From positions 144,646,001 to 144,710,000 of the forward strand of contig NC_091984.1 of assembly GCF_044704955.1 (NCBI RefSeq): DNA of 64,000 nucleotides, read 5' to 3'. The stretch comes from Pristiophorus japonicus. Its lineage: Eukaryota. This document shows, piece after piece, positions 13,431-27,345 of the stretch. The notes under the pieces are model-generated. The model saw only the letters and a program-made list of their open reading frames with translations. It searched no databases and was not told the origin of the DNA. Within the stretch, counting starts at the first letter, position 1. Each line of letters starts with the position of its first letter. The position numbers were made by a program, and so were the translations under genes.

Positions 13431-13639
13431 TGCAACGTCCTCCTTACCAACATCTGGGGACTTGTGCCAAAAGTGGGAGAGCTGCCCCACAGACTAGTCA
13501 AGCACCAGTTTGACATAGTCCTACTCACAGAATCATACCTTTCAGCCAATGTCCTACTGCACTCCCACCACTGACCTTCCTGCCCCCGAAATCCCTGAAT
13601 CCTTAAACAGGAACCCGTTTGAAGAACAGTTTGTATTGA

Positions 13640-16600
13640 AGTTCTGGGTGTTAAAGAGTCTTTGCTGAGAAAACAATCACTATCACGAGAGAAAAAGTTA
13701 CTCGGTAAAATAATGGAACTAAAGGTGGACAAGTCCCCTGTACCTGATGCCCTGCATCCTAGGCTCTTAAATGAAGTGGCTGCAGAGATAGTGGATGCAT
13801 TGGTTGAAATGCATCAGAGGGTCTAGTGAGGAGGAGGAACTGAAGGATATCCTTGTTCGGCGTGAAATTGATGGGATTGAAGGCCGATAAATCCCCGGGG
13901 CCTGATAGTCTGCATCCCAGAGTACTTAAGGATGTGGCCCTAGAAATAGCGGATGCATTTGTGATAATTTTCCAACAATCTACTGACTCTGGATCAGTTC
14001 CTTTGGACTGGAGGGTAGCTAATGTAACACCACTTTTTAAAAAGGGAGGGAGAGAGAAAGTGGGTAATTATTGATCGGTTAACCTGACATCAGTAGTGGG
14101 GAAAATGTTGGAATCAATTATTAAGGATGAAATAGCAGCGCAATTGGAAAGCAGTGACAGGATTGGTCCAAGTCAGCATGGATTTATAAAGGGGAAATCA
14201 TGCTTGACAAATCTTCTGGAATTTTTTGAGGATGTAACTGGGAGAGTAGACAAGGGAGAACCAGTGGATGTGGTGTATTTGGACTTTCAAAAGGCTTTTG
14301 ACTAGATCCCACACAGGAGATTGGTGTGCAAAATCAAAGCACTTGGTATTGGGGGTAATATACTGATGCGGATAGAGAACTGGTTGGCAGACAGGAAGCA
14401 GAGAGTCGGGATAAATTGGTCCTTTTCAGAATGGTAAGCAGTGACTAGTGGAGTGCCACAGGGCTCAGTGCTGGGACCCCAGCTCTTTACAATATACATC
14501 AATGATTTGGATGAAGGAATTGAGTGTAATATCTCCAAGTTTGCAGATTACACTAAACTGGGTGGCAGTGTGAGCTGTGAGAGGGACGCTAGGAGGCTGC
14601 AGGGTGAATTGGACAGGTTAGGTGAGTGGGCAAATGAATGGCAGATGCAGTATAATGTGGATAAATGTGAGGTTATCCACTTTGGGGGTAAAAATGCGAA
14701 GACAGAATATTATCTGAATGGTGGCAGATTTGGAAAAGGGGAGGTGCAACGAGACCTGGGTGTCATGGTTCATCAGTCATTGAAAGTTGGCATACAGGTA
14801 CAGCAAGCGGTGAGGAAGGCAAATGGTATGTTGGCCTTCATTGCTAGGGGATTTGTGTATAGGAGCAGGGAAGCCTTACTGCAGTTGTACAGGGCCTTAG
14901 TGAGGCCTCACCTGGAATATTGTGTTCAGTTTTGGTCTCCTAATCTGAGGAAGGACGTTCTTGCTATTGAGGGAGTGCAGCGAAGGTTCATCAGACTGAT
15001 TCCCAGGATGGCTGGACTGACATATGAGGAGAGACTGGATCAACTGGGCCTGTATTCACTGGAGTTTAGAAGGATGAGATGAGATCTCATAGAAACATAT
15101 AAAATTCTGACGAGACTGGACAGGTTCGATGTGGGTAGAATGTTCCCGATGTTGGGGAAGTCCAGAACCAGGGGATACAGTATTAGGATAAGGGGTCGGC
15201 CATTTAGGACTGCGATGAGGAGAAACTTCTTCAATCAGAGAGTTGTTAACCTGTGGAATTCCCTGCCGCAGAGATTTGTTGATGCCAGTTCATTAGGTAT
15301 ATTCAAGAGGGAGTTAGATATGGCCCTTACTGCTAAGGGGATCAAGGGATATGGAGAGAAAGCAGGAAAGGGGTACTAAGGGAATGATCAGCCATGATCT
15401 TATTGAATGGTGGTGCAGGCTCGAAGGGCCGAATGGCCTACTCCTGCACCTATTTTCTATGTTTCTATGTAAATCGACCAAAGTTCCCTGGATTCTGGAG
15501 ATGTCCCAGCAGATTGGAAAACCGCAAATATAACGACCCTATTTAAAAAAGGAAGGAGACAGAAAACAGTAAACTATAGACCAGTTAGCCTAACATCTGT
15601 CGTTGGGAAAATGCTGGTGTCCATTATTAAGAAAGCAGTAATAGGACATTTGGAAAAGCATAATTCAGTCAAGCAGAGTCAGTATGGACTTATGAAAGGG
15701 AAATCATGTTTGACACATTTGCTGGAGTTATTTGAGGAAGTAATGTGCAGGGTGGATATGGGGGAACAAGTGGATGCAGTGTATTTGGATTTCCAGAAGG
15801 GATTCAATAAGGTGCCACATAAAAAAATACCGGACACGATAAGAGAACACGGGGTTGGTGCTAATATATTAGCATGGTTAGAGGATTGGCTAACTAACAG
15901 AAAACAGAGAGTCAAGATAAATGGGTCATTTTCTGGTCGGCAACCAGTAACTCGTGGGGTTTCACAGGGATCGGTGTTGGGGCCTCACCTATTTACAATC
16001 TATATTAATAACTTGGATGAATGGAATGAGTGTAAAAAATCGAAGAGCAAATTATTATTTAAATGGAGAAAGATTACAAAATGCTGTAGGACAGAGGGAC
16101 CTGGGGGCCCTTGTGTATGAAACACAAAAAGTTAGTATGCAGATACAGCAAGTAATCAGGAAGCAAATGAAATATTGGCCTTAATTGCAAGGGGGATGGA
16201 GGATAAAAGCAGGGAAGTCCTGCTACATCTGTACAGGGTATTGGTGAGACCACACCGAGAGTACTGTGTACAGTTTTGGTCTCCTTATGTAAGGAGGGAT
16301 ATATTTGCACTGGAGGCAGTTCAGAGAAGGTTCACAAGGTTGATTCCTGAGATGAAGGGGCTGACTTATAAAGAAAGGTTGAACAGGTTAATCAGAACAT
16401 AAGAAATAGGAACAGGAGTAGGACATACGGCCCCTCCGCCATTCAATAAGGTCATGGCTGATCTGATCATGGACTCAGCTCAACTTCCACGCCTGCTCCA
16501 CATATTTTTTAAACTCCAAAGAGTATGAGAGGTGAACTTATTGAAACATATAAGATTCTGAGGGGACTCGACAAGATAGATGCAGTGAGGATGTTTCCAC

Positions 16601-16925
16601 TCATAGGGGAACCTAGAACGAGCGGGCAGAGTTTAAGTATAAGGGGTCGGTCATTTGGAACTGAGATGAGGAGGAATTTCTTCTCTCAGAGGGTTGTAAA
16701 TCTGTGCAATTCTCTGCCCCAGAGAGCTGTGGAGGCTGGGTCATTGAATATATTGAAAGTGGCGATAGACGGATTTTTGAACAATAAGGCAGTAAAGGGT
16801 TCTGGGTAGCAGGCAGGGAAGTGGAGCTGAGCCCATTATCAGATCAGCCATGATCTTATTGAATGGCGGAGCAGGCTCGAGGGGCCAAATGGCCAAGTCC
16901 TGCTCCTATTTCTTATGTTCTTGTG
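13640..16925 (+). mobile_element. Nested CR1 ORF2/3' fragments
   Basis: SGVPQGSVLGPQLF, KFADYTK, several 3' UTRs with (TTTCTATG)n tails. Confidence 0.9.
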
Positions 16926-18259
16926 ATTCTTTGGCCTAGAATTTCCCTGGTCTAGCACCAGCCAATAAGAGGGTTTTGTTCAAATAATCACAGCCGCCTT
17001 GCTTGCGGCCCGGGACACGTCATCCACCATTTTGGTAAGGGCCGTACCGCTGTCGTTGGCAGCACTCGCCTCACAATGAGGATTGTCAGATGGTGACACC
17101 AATGCCTGGCTCGAGCCATGACTGTTAATTGGGGCGTTTGCGCTCACCATATGGTCCTGCCCTAAGCACACACAGAAAAGCAGGCGTGAAGCAGCCCTGC
17201 ACAGATGCTGTTGGTGCTTCTTAACGGGGCACACATCTTTCAGGTATGTTTGCATTTAAGCTCTGGTCTGTTTTAAACAATATATTTTATGGAAGTAGTA
17301 GCTTGGTGCAATAAATGTTAAATATTTTCTCAGTGTGCAGGGAATGCAAGGGGTGCTGCTGGACGTGTTCAAGGCCTTGGGTGGTAAAGAAAGGTCCCTG
17401 GAAAGACTGAGAATGCTGGAAATACTCAGCAGGTCAGGCAGCATCCATGGAGAGAGACAGAATTAACGTTTCAGCTCAAGCTGCTGTCTGACCTGCTGAG
17501 TATTTCCAGCATTTACTGTCTTTATTTCAGATTTCCAGCTTCTGCTCGCAAAGGGAGGAGGAGGAAGTGGAAGGAAGGAGGCAACCCAGACAGCCACTTC
17601 ATGGCCGGGATATCCGGGATCGAATCATCCGCCTGTGGTCCCAGTGACCACATCCCCAATCCCCTTTCAACATTAGTCCCATACCTTACCATCCCTCTGT
17701 TACTGACCATCACAGCGTCCTCTTGGCCACAGTGCTGAAATAAAATCGTGAATCTTCAGAAATCTCTATTCCAGAGAGCTGTGGAGGCTGGGTCATTGAA
17801 TATATTTAAGATGGAGATAGACAGATTCTTGAACTACGGGAAGTCACAGGTTGTGGGGAACAGGTGGGGAAGTGGAGTTGAGGCCAAGATCAGATCAGCC
17901 ATTACCTTATTGAATGGTGGACCAGCTCGAGAGGCCGTACGGCCCACTCCTGTTCCTTTCCCTTATATTCTTGTGTGTGAGTCCTGATTGCTAGAGTTTG
18001 TTGGTAGGTGGGTGATGGGAGCGTGGTGCATTGAGCAACGTGTGAGGCTAGTGGTGCTGTTGGCGGGACACGGACTTTGAAGATGAATTCTCTGACCTTG
18101 ACCACTCCGTTAGGTCATTGAACATTTGGTGGCACTGCATCCAGGTCCTCAGGTCCTGGTCTCACTGCCTTTGAAACGTTTATCTGGTGCAGCCTCCTCG
18201 CCCCCTTGGATAGAGAACATCTCTACCCCCTCTGCACCTCCTCGCTTGGTGGCAACACT

Positions 18260-19220
18260 GTTTCAGACCCTGATGAGTTCCTGGTAAAAGACATGCAGCC
18301 ACGCATGGTGGTCCTGATGCCCCTCGGCTCACAAACAGGAGCTGCGTGTCATAATTGAGGCAGTACTGCTGGCGGAAGAAATATGTCATCAGCGCACACC
18401 ATCTAGGAAGGGGCTCGACGTACAGGTATCTCTGCAGGATCTGAAGACGGAAAGTCGCATGCTGGGTACTGACGCACACCAACGCCTGACCGCCCTCCCT
18501 AAGTAGGAGACTCAGAACCACAGCAGAGACCCAGTGCTTCCTGTTATCCAGAAGAAGTCCACCAGCTTCTTCTGTATCTTGGCGACAAAAGCAGGGCCGG
18601 GGGGTGGGGCAAAGTGACCAGCCAGTACCACAGCATAGCGGCCACTAGCTGGTTTATGACTAGCGCTCGACCCCTGTAGGACAGCACTTGGAACAGTCCT
18701 GTCCAGCGCCCTCGGCGAGCGGCAACTTTGTCCTCCAGCTCCTGGCAGTTCACCGGCCAGGCTTCCTCATCAGGGCTAAGGTAGACTCCCACATAGAGGA
18801 GATGGGTCATGCTCCAGGCAAAAGACCTGAACTCCTCTGGCAGGGAGTTCATCTGCCAGTGACCGACCAGGAGTCCGGAACATTTCTCCCAATTGATCCT
18901 GGCGGAGGATGCGGCCGAGTAAATCTCCTGGCACTCATGCATCCTCAGTAGGTCAATGGAATCCTCGACTATGAGGAGCACATCATCAGTGTAAGCTGAG
19001 AGGACAACCTCCACGCCCGACCCTTACAGAGCCAGTCCCGTCAACCTCTTCCGCAAGAGGCGCAGGAAAGGCTCCACTCAGATGGCATATAACTGGCCAG
19101 ACATTGGGCATCTCTGACACACCCCTTTCCCAAAGCGAAGGGACACAGTCAAAGACCTGTTAACCTTAATCAGACAATCCATGGCGACGTACAAAAGTCA
19201 GATCCGGGCGACGAAATGTG
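18260..19220 (-). mobile_element. Tx1/L1-clade LINE RT fragment
   Basis: LSAYTDDVLL, SSARINWEKCSGL, LSYRGRALVINQLVA. Confidence 0.8.
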
Positions 19221-19239
19221 TCCCAAACCCGAAAGCACG

Positions 19240-20375
19240 CAGAGCCTCTCTGGCTACAGATGTGGTGCCGGAGGACTGGAGGACTGCTAATGTTGTACCT
19301 TTGTTTAAAAAGGGAGAAAGGGATAGACCGAGTAATTACAGGCATGTCAGCCTAACCTCAGTGGTGGGGAAATTATTGGAAAAAATACTGAGGGACAGGA
19401 TAAATCTTCATTTAACAAGACACGGATTAATCAAGGACAGTCAGCATGGATTTGTTAAGGGAAGATCGTGTCTGAATAAAGTGCATTTTTTGAGGAGGTA
19501 ACCAGGAGGATTGATGAGGGCAGTGCATATGATGTAGTGTGTATGGATTTTAACAAGGCTTTTGATAAGGTCCCACATTGCAGACTGCTCGTGAAAGTAA
19601 AAGCCCATGGGATTCAGGGCAAAGTGGCAAGTTGGATCCAAAATTGGTTCAAAGGCAGGAAGCAAAGGGTAATGGTCAACGGGTGTTATTGTGACTGGAA
19701 GGCTGTTTCCAGTGGGGTTCCACAGGGCTCAGTACTAGGTCCCTTGCTTTTTGTGGTATATATCAATGACTTGGACTTGAATGTAAGGGGCATGATCAAG
19801 AATTTTGCAATTGAAACTAAAATTGGCCGTGTGGTTGATAATGAAGAAGAAAGCTGTAGACTGCAGGAAGATATCAATGAAATGGTCAGGTGGGCAGAAC
19901 AGTGGCAAATGGAATTCAATCCAGAGTAGTGTGAGGTAATGCATTTGGGGAGGGCTAACAAGGCAAGGGAATACACATTAAATGGTACGACACTGAAAAG
20001 TGCAGAGAAACAAAGGGACCTTGGAGTACAGGTCCACAGATCCCTGATGGTAGCAGGTCAGGAAGGTAAGATGGTTAAGAAGGCATATGGAATACTTGCC
20101 TTTATTAGACGAGGCATGGAATACAAGAGCAAGGACATTATGCTTGAACTGTATAAAACACTGGTTAGGCCACAGCAGGAGTACTGCGTGCATTTCTCGT
20201 CACCAAATTACATTACAAGAAAGATGTGATTGCTCTGGAAAGGGTGCAGAGGATGCAGAGGTTACAGGGCTACGGCCAGAGAGCTGGAAAGTGGGATGAG
20301 GCTGGATAGCTCTTGGTTGGCCGGCGTGGGTCGAAACGGATTCCCTCCGTGCTGTGAATTTCTATGATTCTATCA
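19240..20375 (+). mobile_element. CR1 RT/3' fragment
   Basis: DFNKAFDKVPH, SGVPQGSVLGPLLF. Confidence 0.9.
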
Positions 20376-21849
20376 TGGACAGATGCATCTACAACAGGCA
20401 GATTGTTGAGGACGAGGTCAAGTAGGTTTTTCCTCGTGTTGGTTCTCTCCCCACCTGCTCTGGGCCCGGTCTGGCAGATATGTCATAGAATCATAGAATC
20501 ACAGGGGTTTACAGCACAGAAGGAGGCCGTTTCAGACCATCATATCCACTTTCCAGCTCTGGGTCCATAGCCCTGCAGGTTACGAAACTTCAAGTGCACA
20601 TCCAAGTACTTTTTAAATGTGGTGAGGGTTTCTGCCTCTACTAACGAAGGACCTAATATTCCAGGTCCTGACCTATATCCTGAAGGGTGAAAGATGCTTG
20701 TGCGTGGATTTTTTTTAACATGTGGTGACCGTTGCACACCAGCCTTCACACGGGCTCGACAGAGCTAGGTCTTGGTCCAGTGGCAAGGGTTAACCAGGAC
20801 GACTGGAGACCTGCTCTGCTGTACGGACCGAGTGTGCACACATATCGCAGTGTGGGCTGGCCCGTGCTACCCCTGGGCCCCTGGCCACACCCCCACGACC
20901 CTATGGGTGAAGAAATTTCCCCTCAAGTCCCCTCTAATCACTTGAAATCTATGCCCCCTGATTGTTGAGCTGGAGGAGGAAATTCAGAAACTCCAACCCT
21001 GAGTTCAAGCACAGACCATTGCTTCCTTGAGTATGAATTGAAGCATAATTAAAGTTACATGCTCTGTTGAAGATTTTGTTCATGGGAATAAAACTTATTT
21101 TATTGTAGGAGAGAGCAATTTCAGGTAATATTTTTGTGCCTGGCTAACAGAAATAGGTCCATCCTACCAACTCTTTCCAGGCCCCTCATAATTTTATACA
21201 CCTCAATCAGGTCTCCCCTCAGCCTCCTCTGTCCAAAGAAAACAAACCCAGCCTATCCCATCGTTCCTCATAGTTAAAATTCTCCAGTCCAGGCAACATC
21301 CTCATATATCCTCTCTACCCTCGGTTTAACGTCCCGTCCGAAGAAATCGTACTGTTAATGAAACACTGAAGGCAAGAACTTTGAAGTGGTGGGAATACTC
21401 AATGTATCAAGACAGGAACATTGTAAACATTGATTGTGACATCATGAACTCACAACCTCCCCATAGTATGCACAATGTGAGCACCAGACCCGAGGACAGA
21501 ACCCAAGGAGATGTGCCCAGCACCAATCCAGGACAATGATCAATGTAAAGCCAAAGCTGAATGTTATCAGGGCTGCTTTGCCGATGATTGCCCTGTGATC
21601 GCGGGCACCAGCAGCACACACACCTCTTGTGGGTACAGTCGTGTTGTGGTTATGTTGCTGCAGAGCACTCCACAGGCCTGCACTAATAATCCCCACAATC
21701 TCACCATGACCCTTTGGCTATTTCAATTCACCTCTTTTTTAAATGCTAGAAATAAAAAGCTGGTCTCAGTAAAAGTGACCACAAAGCTGTCAAATTGTCA
21801 CGAAAGCCCAATTGGTTCAGTGACATCCTTTAGGGAAGGAAACCTGCCG

Positions 21850-22835
21850 TCCTTGCCACATAAAAGGTTACTGCCCAAGATAAGAGCTCACGGGGTTGTG
21901 GGTAATATATTAGCATGGATAGAGGATTGGCTAACTAACAGCAAACAGAGAGTCGGGATAAATGGGTCATTTTCAGGTCGGCAAATTGTAATTAGTGGGG
22001 TGCCGCAGGGATCAGTGCTGGGGCCTCAACTATTTACAACCGAAATTAATGACTTGAATGAAGGGACCGAGTGTAATGTAACCAGATTTGCTGATGTACA
22101 AAGATAGGTGAGAAAGCAAGTTGTGAGGAAGACACAAAGATTCTGCAAATGGATATAGACAGGCTGAGTGAGTGGACAAAGATATGGCAGATGGAGTATA
22201 ATATTGGAAAATGTGAAGTTACAAAATGCTGTGGTACAGTTCATTGATATCTTCCTGCAGTCTACAGCTTTCTTCTTCATTATCAACCATAGCCGAGTTT
22301 AGTATCATCTGCAAACTTCGTATCATCTGTAATCATTCTCCCTACATTCAAGTCTAAATCATTGATATATACCACAAAAAGCCAGGGACCCAGCACTGAT
22401 CCCTGCCGAGCCCCACTGGAAACAGCCTGCCAGTCACAAAAACACCCATCAACCATTACCCTCTGCTTCCTGCCTCTGAACCAATTTTGGATCCAACTTG
22501 TCACTTTGTCCTGGATCCCATGGGCTTTTACTTTTGTGACCAGTCTGCTGTGTGGGACCTTCTCAAAAGCCTTGTTAAAATCCAAATACACTGCATCATA
22601 TGCACTGCCCTCATCGACCCTCCTGGTTATCTCCTCAAAAAATTCAATCAAGTTATTCAGACACGACCTTCCCTTAACAAATCCATGCTGACTGTCCTTG
22701 ATTAATCCGTGTTTTGTTAAATGAAGATTCCTCCTATCCCGCCCCCGAGGTTAGGCTGACTGACCTGTAGTGACTCGATCTATCCCTTGCTCCCTTTTTA
22801 AACAAAGGTACCATGTTTGCAGTCCTCCAGTCCTC
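21850..22835. mobile_element. Two CR1 RT fragments in opposite orientation
   Basis: + strand GVPQGSVLGPQLF; - strand YLDFNKAFEKVPH..KFADDTK. Confidence 0.85.
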
Positions 22836-23314
22836 CGGTACCTGTGATTGCAATGTCAGCATCGCCCCTCTCGGCCAGCTCGGTCAGTAGTGGTGCTACC
22901 GAGACACTCTTGGTGATGGACAATGAAGTCGCCCACCCAGAGTACATTCTGTGCCCTTGCTACTCTCAGTGCTTCTTCCAAGTGGTGTTCAACATGGAGG
23001 AGTATTGATTCATCAGCTGAGGGAGGGCGGGAGGTGGTAATCAGCAGGAGGTTTCATTGCCCGTGTTTGACCTGATGCCATGAGACTTCATGGGGTCCGG
23101 AGTCAATGTTGAGGACTCCCAGGGCCACTCCCTCCCGACTGTGTACCACTGAGCTGCCACCTCGGGTGATGGAGGAGTCTGGGACATTGGCTGAAAGGTC
23201 TGATTCTGTGAGTAGGAATATGTTAGGCTGGTGCTTGACTAGTCTGTGGGGCAGCTCTCCCACTTTTGACACAAGTCCCCAGATGTTGGTGAGGAGGACG
23301 TTGCAGGGTCAGCA

Positions 23315-23555
23315 CTGAGCCTGGGTCCGCTGTCAGGGCCGGTCCGAGCTGCTGTTATTCTGCCTGATTGGACGGTTATTATTAGAGACACAGACCACAG
23401 CAGAAATCCCCCGTGCAAAAAATAACTGAAGAGACTGACAGATCGGAAGAATGAAACTTCACCCACAGAGGAAGTGAAAGAGGGAGGTTGTCGCAGCTGT
23501 ACGTTTGTTAATGACACGGGAGAAAACTGTGAACCGCGCTCACAGCCTCGAATCT
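23315..23555 (+). promoter_or_regulatory. Candidate B-cell enhancer block about 7 kb upstream of V
   Basis: ACCACA (Runx) 23394, AGAAATCCCCC (kB-like) 23402, GAGGAAGTGAAA (EICE) 23468, CAGCTG 23494; does not match the LINE/SINE repeats in the window. Confidence 0.45.
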
Positions 23556-24179
23556 TACAGCACAGAAGGAGGCCATTCGGCCCATCGTGCCTGTGTCGGC
23601 TCTTTGAAAGAATTACCCAATTAGTCCCACCCCACCTCTCTTTCCCCGTAATCCAGCAAATTGTTCCTTTTCAAGTATATATCCAATTCCCTCTTGCAGA
23701 CCTTGGCCCACAGCATTAGACTGCCCCTAACCCGGGCACAACATTGGCATCTCATTCATTCACTGGGACAGGAAATGCCTGGTGTGGGAAATGGAGTCCA
23801 GGGCTCTGAAAATTCCCTCTCCTCTCCTGAGGAAGGCTTCATGCTGGGGTCCAGTTCCATGGGCCCCGACAGCACATTCCGACCTCACCTACTTCCTCAT
23901 TCCACGTGTGTAAGCCTGGACCCTATCACCATATCACCAGGATATCTGACTGCAGGAGGCCTCACCACTGTGTCCAGCACTGTCCTCACCCGAAATCCAC
24001 ACACGGTCTGCATTGATCTGGGGCCTTTAACGTGCCAAAGGTCACAAGACACTTCACATCGCTGCTGTAAGAATGTGGGGAGCAGGGGTTCGGGGGGCTT
24101 TAGGAAGGGTGATTGAAGGCCTGGGTGAAAGGATGGCGTTAGATGGAGGAGAGAGAGCTGGAGATGGGGAGGGATTAGA

Positions 24180-26640
24180 ACATAAGAAATAGCAGGAGTA
24201 GGCCTACGGCCCCTCGAGCCTGCTCCGCCTTTTAATATGATCATGGCTGATCCGATCATGGACTCAGGTCCACTTCCCTGCTTGCTCTCCATAACTCCTT
24301 ATTCCCTTATCGGTTAAGAAACTGTCTATTTCTGTCTTAAATTTATTCAATGACCCATCTTCCACAACTCTCTGAGACAGCGAATTCCACAGATTTACAA
24401 CCCTCAGAGAAAAAATTCCTCCACATTTCAGTTTTAAATGGGCGGCCCCTTATTCTAAGATTATGCCTCCTAGTTCTTGTCTCCCCTATCAGTGGAAACA
24501 GCCTCTGCATCCACCTTGTCAAGCACCCTCATAATCTTACATGTTTCGATAAGATCACCTTTCATTCTTCTGATTTCCATTCAGTATAGGCCCAACCTAC
24601 TCAACCTTTCCTCATAAGTTATTGCCCTCATCTACGGAATCAACCTAGTGAACCTTCTCTGAATGCCTCCAAAGCAAGTGTATCCTTTCTTAAATATGGA
24701 AACCAAAACTGCACGCAGTATTCTAGTTGTGGCTTCACCAATACCCGGTATAACTGTAGCAAACACTTCCTTGCATTTATACTCTATCCCCTTTGCAATA
24801 AAGGCCAAGATTGCATTGGCCTTCCTGATCACTTGCTGAACCTGCATAATAACCTTTTGTGTTTCATGCACCAGGACCCCCAGTTCCCGCTGCACTGCAA
24901 CACTTTGTTATTTTTCTCCATTTAAATAATAACTTGCTCTTTGATTTTTTTCTGACAAAGTGTATAACCTCACACTTTCCAACATTATATTCCATCTCCC
25001 AAATTTTTGCCCATTCACTTAGCCTGTCTATGTCCTTTTGCAGGTTTTTTGTTTCCTCCTCATACCTTGTGTTTACTCCTTTCTTTATATTGTCAGCAAA
25101 CTTGGCTACATTACACTCGGTCCCTTCTTCCCAGTCGTTGATATAGATTGTAAATAATTGGGGTCCCAGCACTGATTCCTGCGGCATCCCACTAGTGACT
25201 GATTGCCAACCCGAGAATGAACCATTTATCACGACTCTGTTTTCTGTTAGTTAGCCAATCCTCTATCCATGTTTATATATTACCCCCAACTCCGTGAACT
25301 TTTATCCTGTGCCTTTAATGTGGCACCTTATTGAATGCCTTCTGGAAATCCAAATACACCACATCCACTGGTTCCCCTTTATCCACCCTGCTCATTACAT
25401 CCTCAAAGAATTCCAGCAAATTTGTCAAACATGACTTCCCCTTCATAAATCCATTCTGACTCTGCCTGACTGAATTATGATTTTCCAAATGTCCTGCTAC
25501 TATTTCTTTAATATTTTCCCAACTGTTCTATAGTTTCCTGTTTTTTGTCTGCATCCTTTTTTTAATATGGGCATTACATTTGCAGTTTTCCAATCTGCTG
25601 GGATCTCCCCAGAATCCAGGGAATTTCAGTAAATTACAACCAATGCATCCACTATCCCTGTCGTTACTTCTCTTAAGACCCCAGGATGTGAGCCATCAGG
25701 TCCAGTGGATTTATCCGCCTTTAGTCCCATTATCTTACTGAGAACCACCTCCTCAGTGATTGTGATTGTGTGAAGTTCCTCTCCCCCCCCGCCCCATAGA
25801 CCCCTGACTATGCACTGTTGGGATATTTTTAGTGTCCTCTACTGTAAAGATTGCTACAAAATATTTGCTCAGTGTTTTTGCCATCTCCCTGTTCCCCATG
25901 TTCCCCATGACTAATTCCCCGGTCTCATCCTCTAAGAGACTAACATTTATTTTATCCGCTCTTTTCCTTTTTATATACCTGTAGAAACTCTTGCTATCTG
26001 TTTTTATATTTTGTGCTAGTTTACTTTCATCTTCCATTTCTTAATCATATTTTTAGTCATTCTTTGCTGGATTTTAAAAGCTTCCCAGTCTTCTGTCCTC
26101 CCACTAGTTTTGGCCACCTTGTATGCCCTTGTTTTTAAATTGGATACCGTCTTTTATTTCTTTAGTTAGCCACGGATGGCTATCTTTTCTTTTACATCCT
26201 TTCCTCCTCACTGGAATATATTTTTCTTGAGAGTGATTAAAAAATCTCCTCAAATGTACGTCACTGTTCATTAACCGTCCTACATTTTAATCTATTTTCC
26301 CAGTCCACTTTAACCAACTCTGCTCTCATACTTTTGTAGTCTCCTTTATTTAATCTTAGTATACTAGTTTGAGATTCAACTTTCTCGCCCTCGATCTAAA
26401 TTTGAAATTCAACCATGATATGCTCACTCATTCCAAGGGGATCCTTTACTGGGAGATTGTTTATTAATCCTGTCTCATTGCACAAGACCAGATCTAAGAT
26501 AGCCTGCCCCCAGTTAGTTTCTTTACATACTGTACAAGGAACCCGTCCCTTATGCACTCTATCAACTCTTCTTCAAGGCTACCCTGACCAATTTGATTTG
26601 TCCAATCAATGTGTAGGTTAAAATCACCCACTACAATCAT
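24180..26640 (-). mobile_element. CR1 LINE (endonuclease through 3' UTR), decayed
   Basis: GDFNLHIDW, KFADN, 3' UTR; parts mirror 12040-13090. Confidence 0.9.
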
Positions 26641-27345
26641 ACCATGAGAACTTCCAGCGCGAGCTGCTCCAAGTGAGCGATGGCTTCGAGGTGGGTGATT
26701 GGGTGATGTCATCAGGACCCAGGTCGGCATTTGGAGCGTGGGCAGGAACATCGGCGGACCCAGGTAAAGCAGAGGAGTGGGAAGGTCGCCGGGAGGTGTG
26801 GTGAGTGATCGAGATGGAGGAGCGATGAGGGATCGTGGCTGAGATTCGGTTGGTGATCGTGGCGGAAGTCGGCAAATGTTTGGTGCGGAGGTGCGGCGGG
26901 AGATCGTGGTGGAGGTCAGGCGACTGTTTGGCGCAGAGGTGCGGCGAGAGATCGTGGCGGAGGTGCGGCGAATGTTGGTGGCGGAGGAGCGGTGAGGGAT
27001 CGTGGTGCAGGTGCGGCAAATGAGGGTTCGGGGCCCAAAAGAGCCGAGGGCCCAGGGGCAGCACGGGCCAGCCCACATTGCGATATGTAAGCGCACTGGG
27101 TCCGTGCAGAGCAGGCCTCCAGTCATCCAGGTTAATCTTTGCCACTGGATAAAGGCCTAGCTCTGTCAAGACGTGTGGTGGCTGATGTGCAACGGTCACA
27201 CATGTTAAAAAAAATCCACGTACAGGCATCTTCCAGCCCCTCAATTGGAGTTCAGGACTGGATCATCGGGTCCTTCATTGAAACATCTGTGAACTCATTT
27301 GGAAGCAAGTCATCCTCGTTCGAGGGACCGCCAATGATGATGATG
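26640..27345 (+). mobile_element. Non-autonomous element with GC-rich tandem 5' region and RTE-type 3' tail
   Basis: Ends GGAAGCAAGTC..CGAGGGAC..(GAT)n like the RTE at 6130-6176; related - strand piece at about 20650-20885. Confidence 0.6.

Noticed and set aside
21400-21710. Possible degenerate Harbinger transposase remnant; similar unassigned stretches at about 16930-17400 and 59580-60050
   Set aside because: Resemblance too weak to support without a repeat-library or HMM search.
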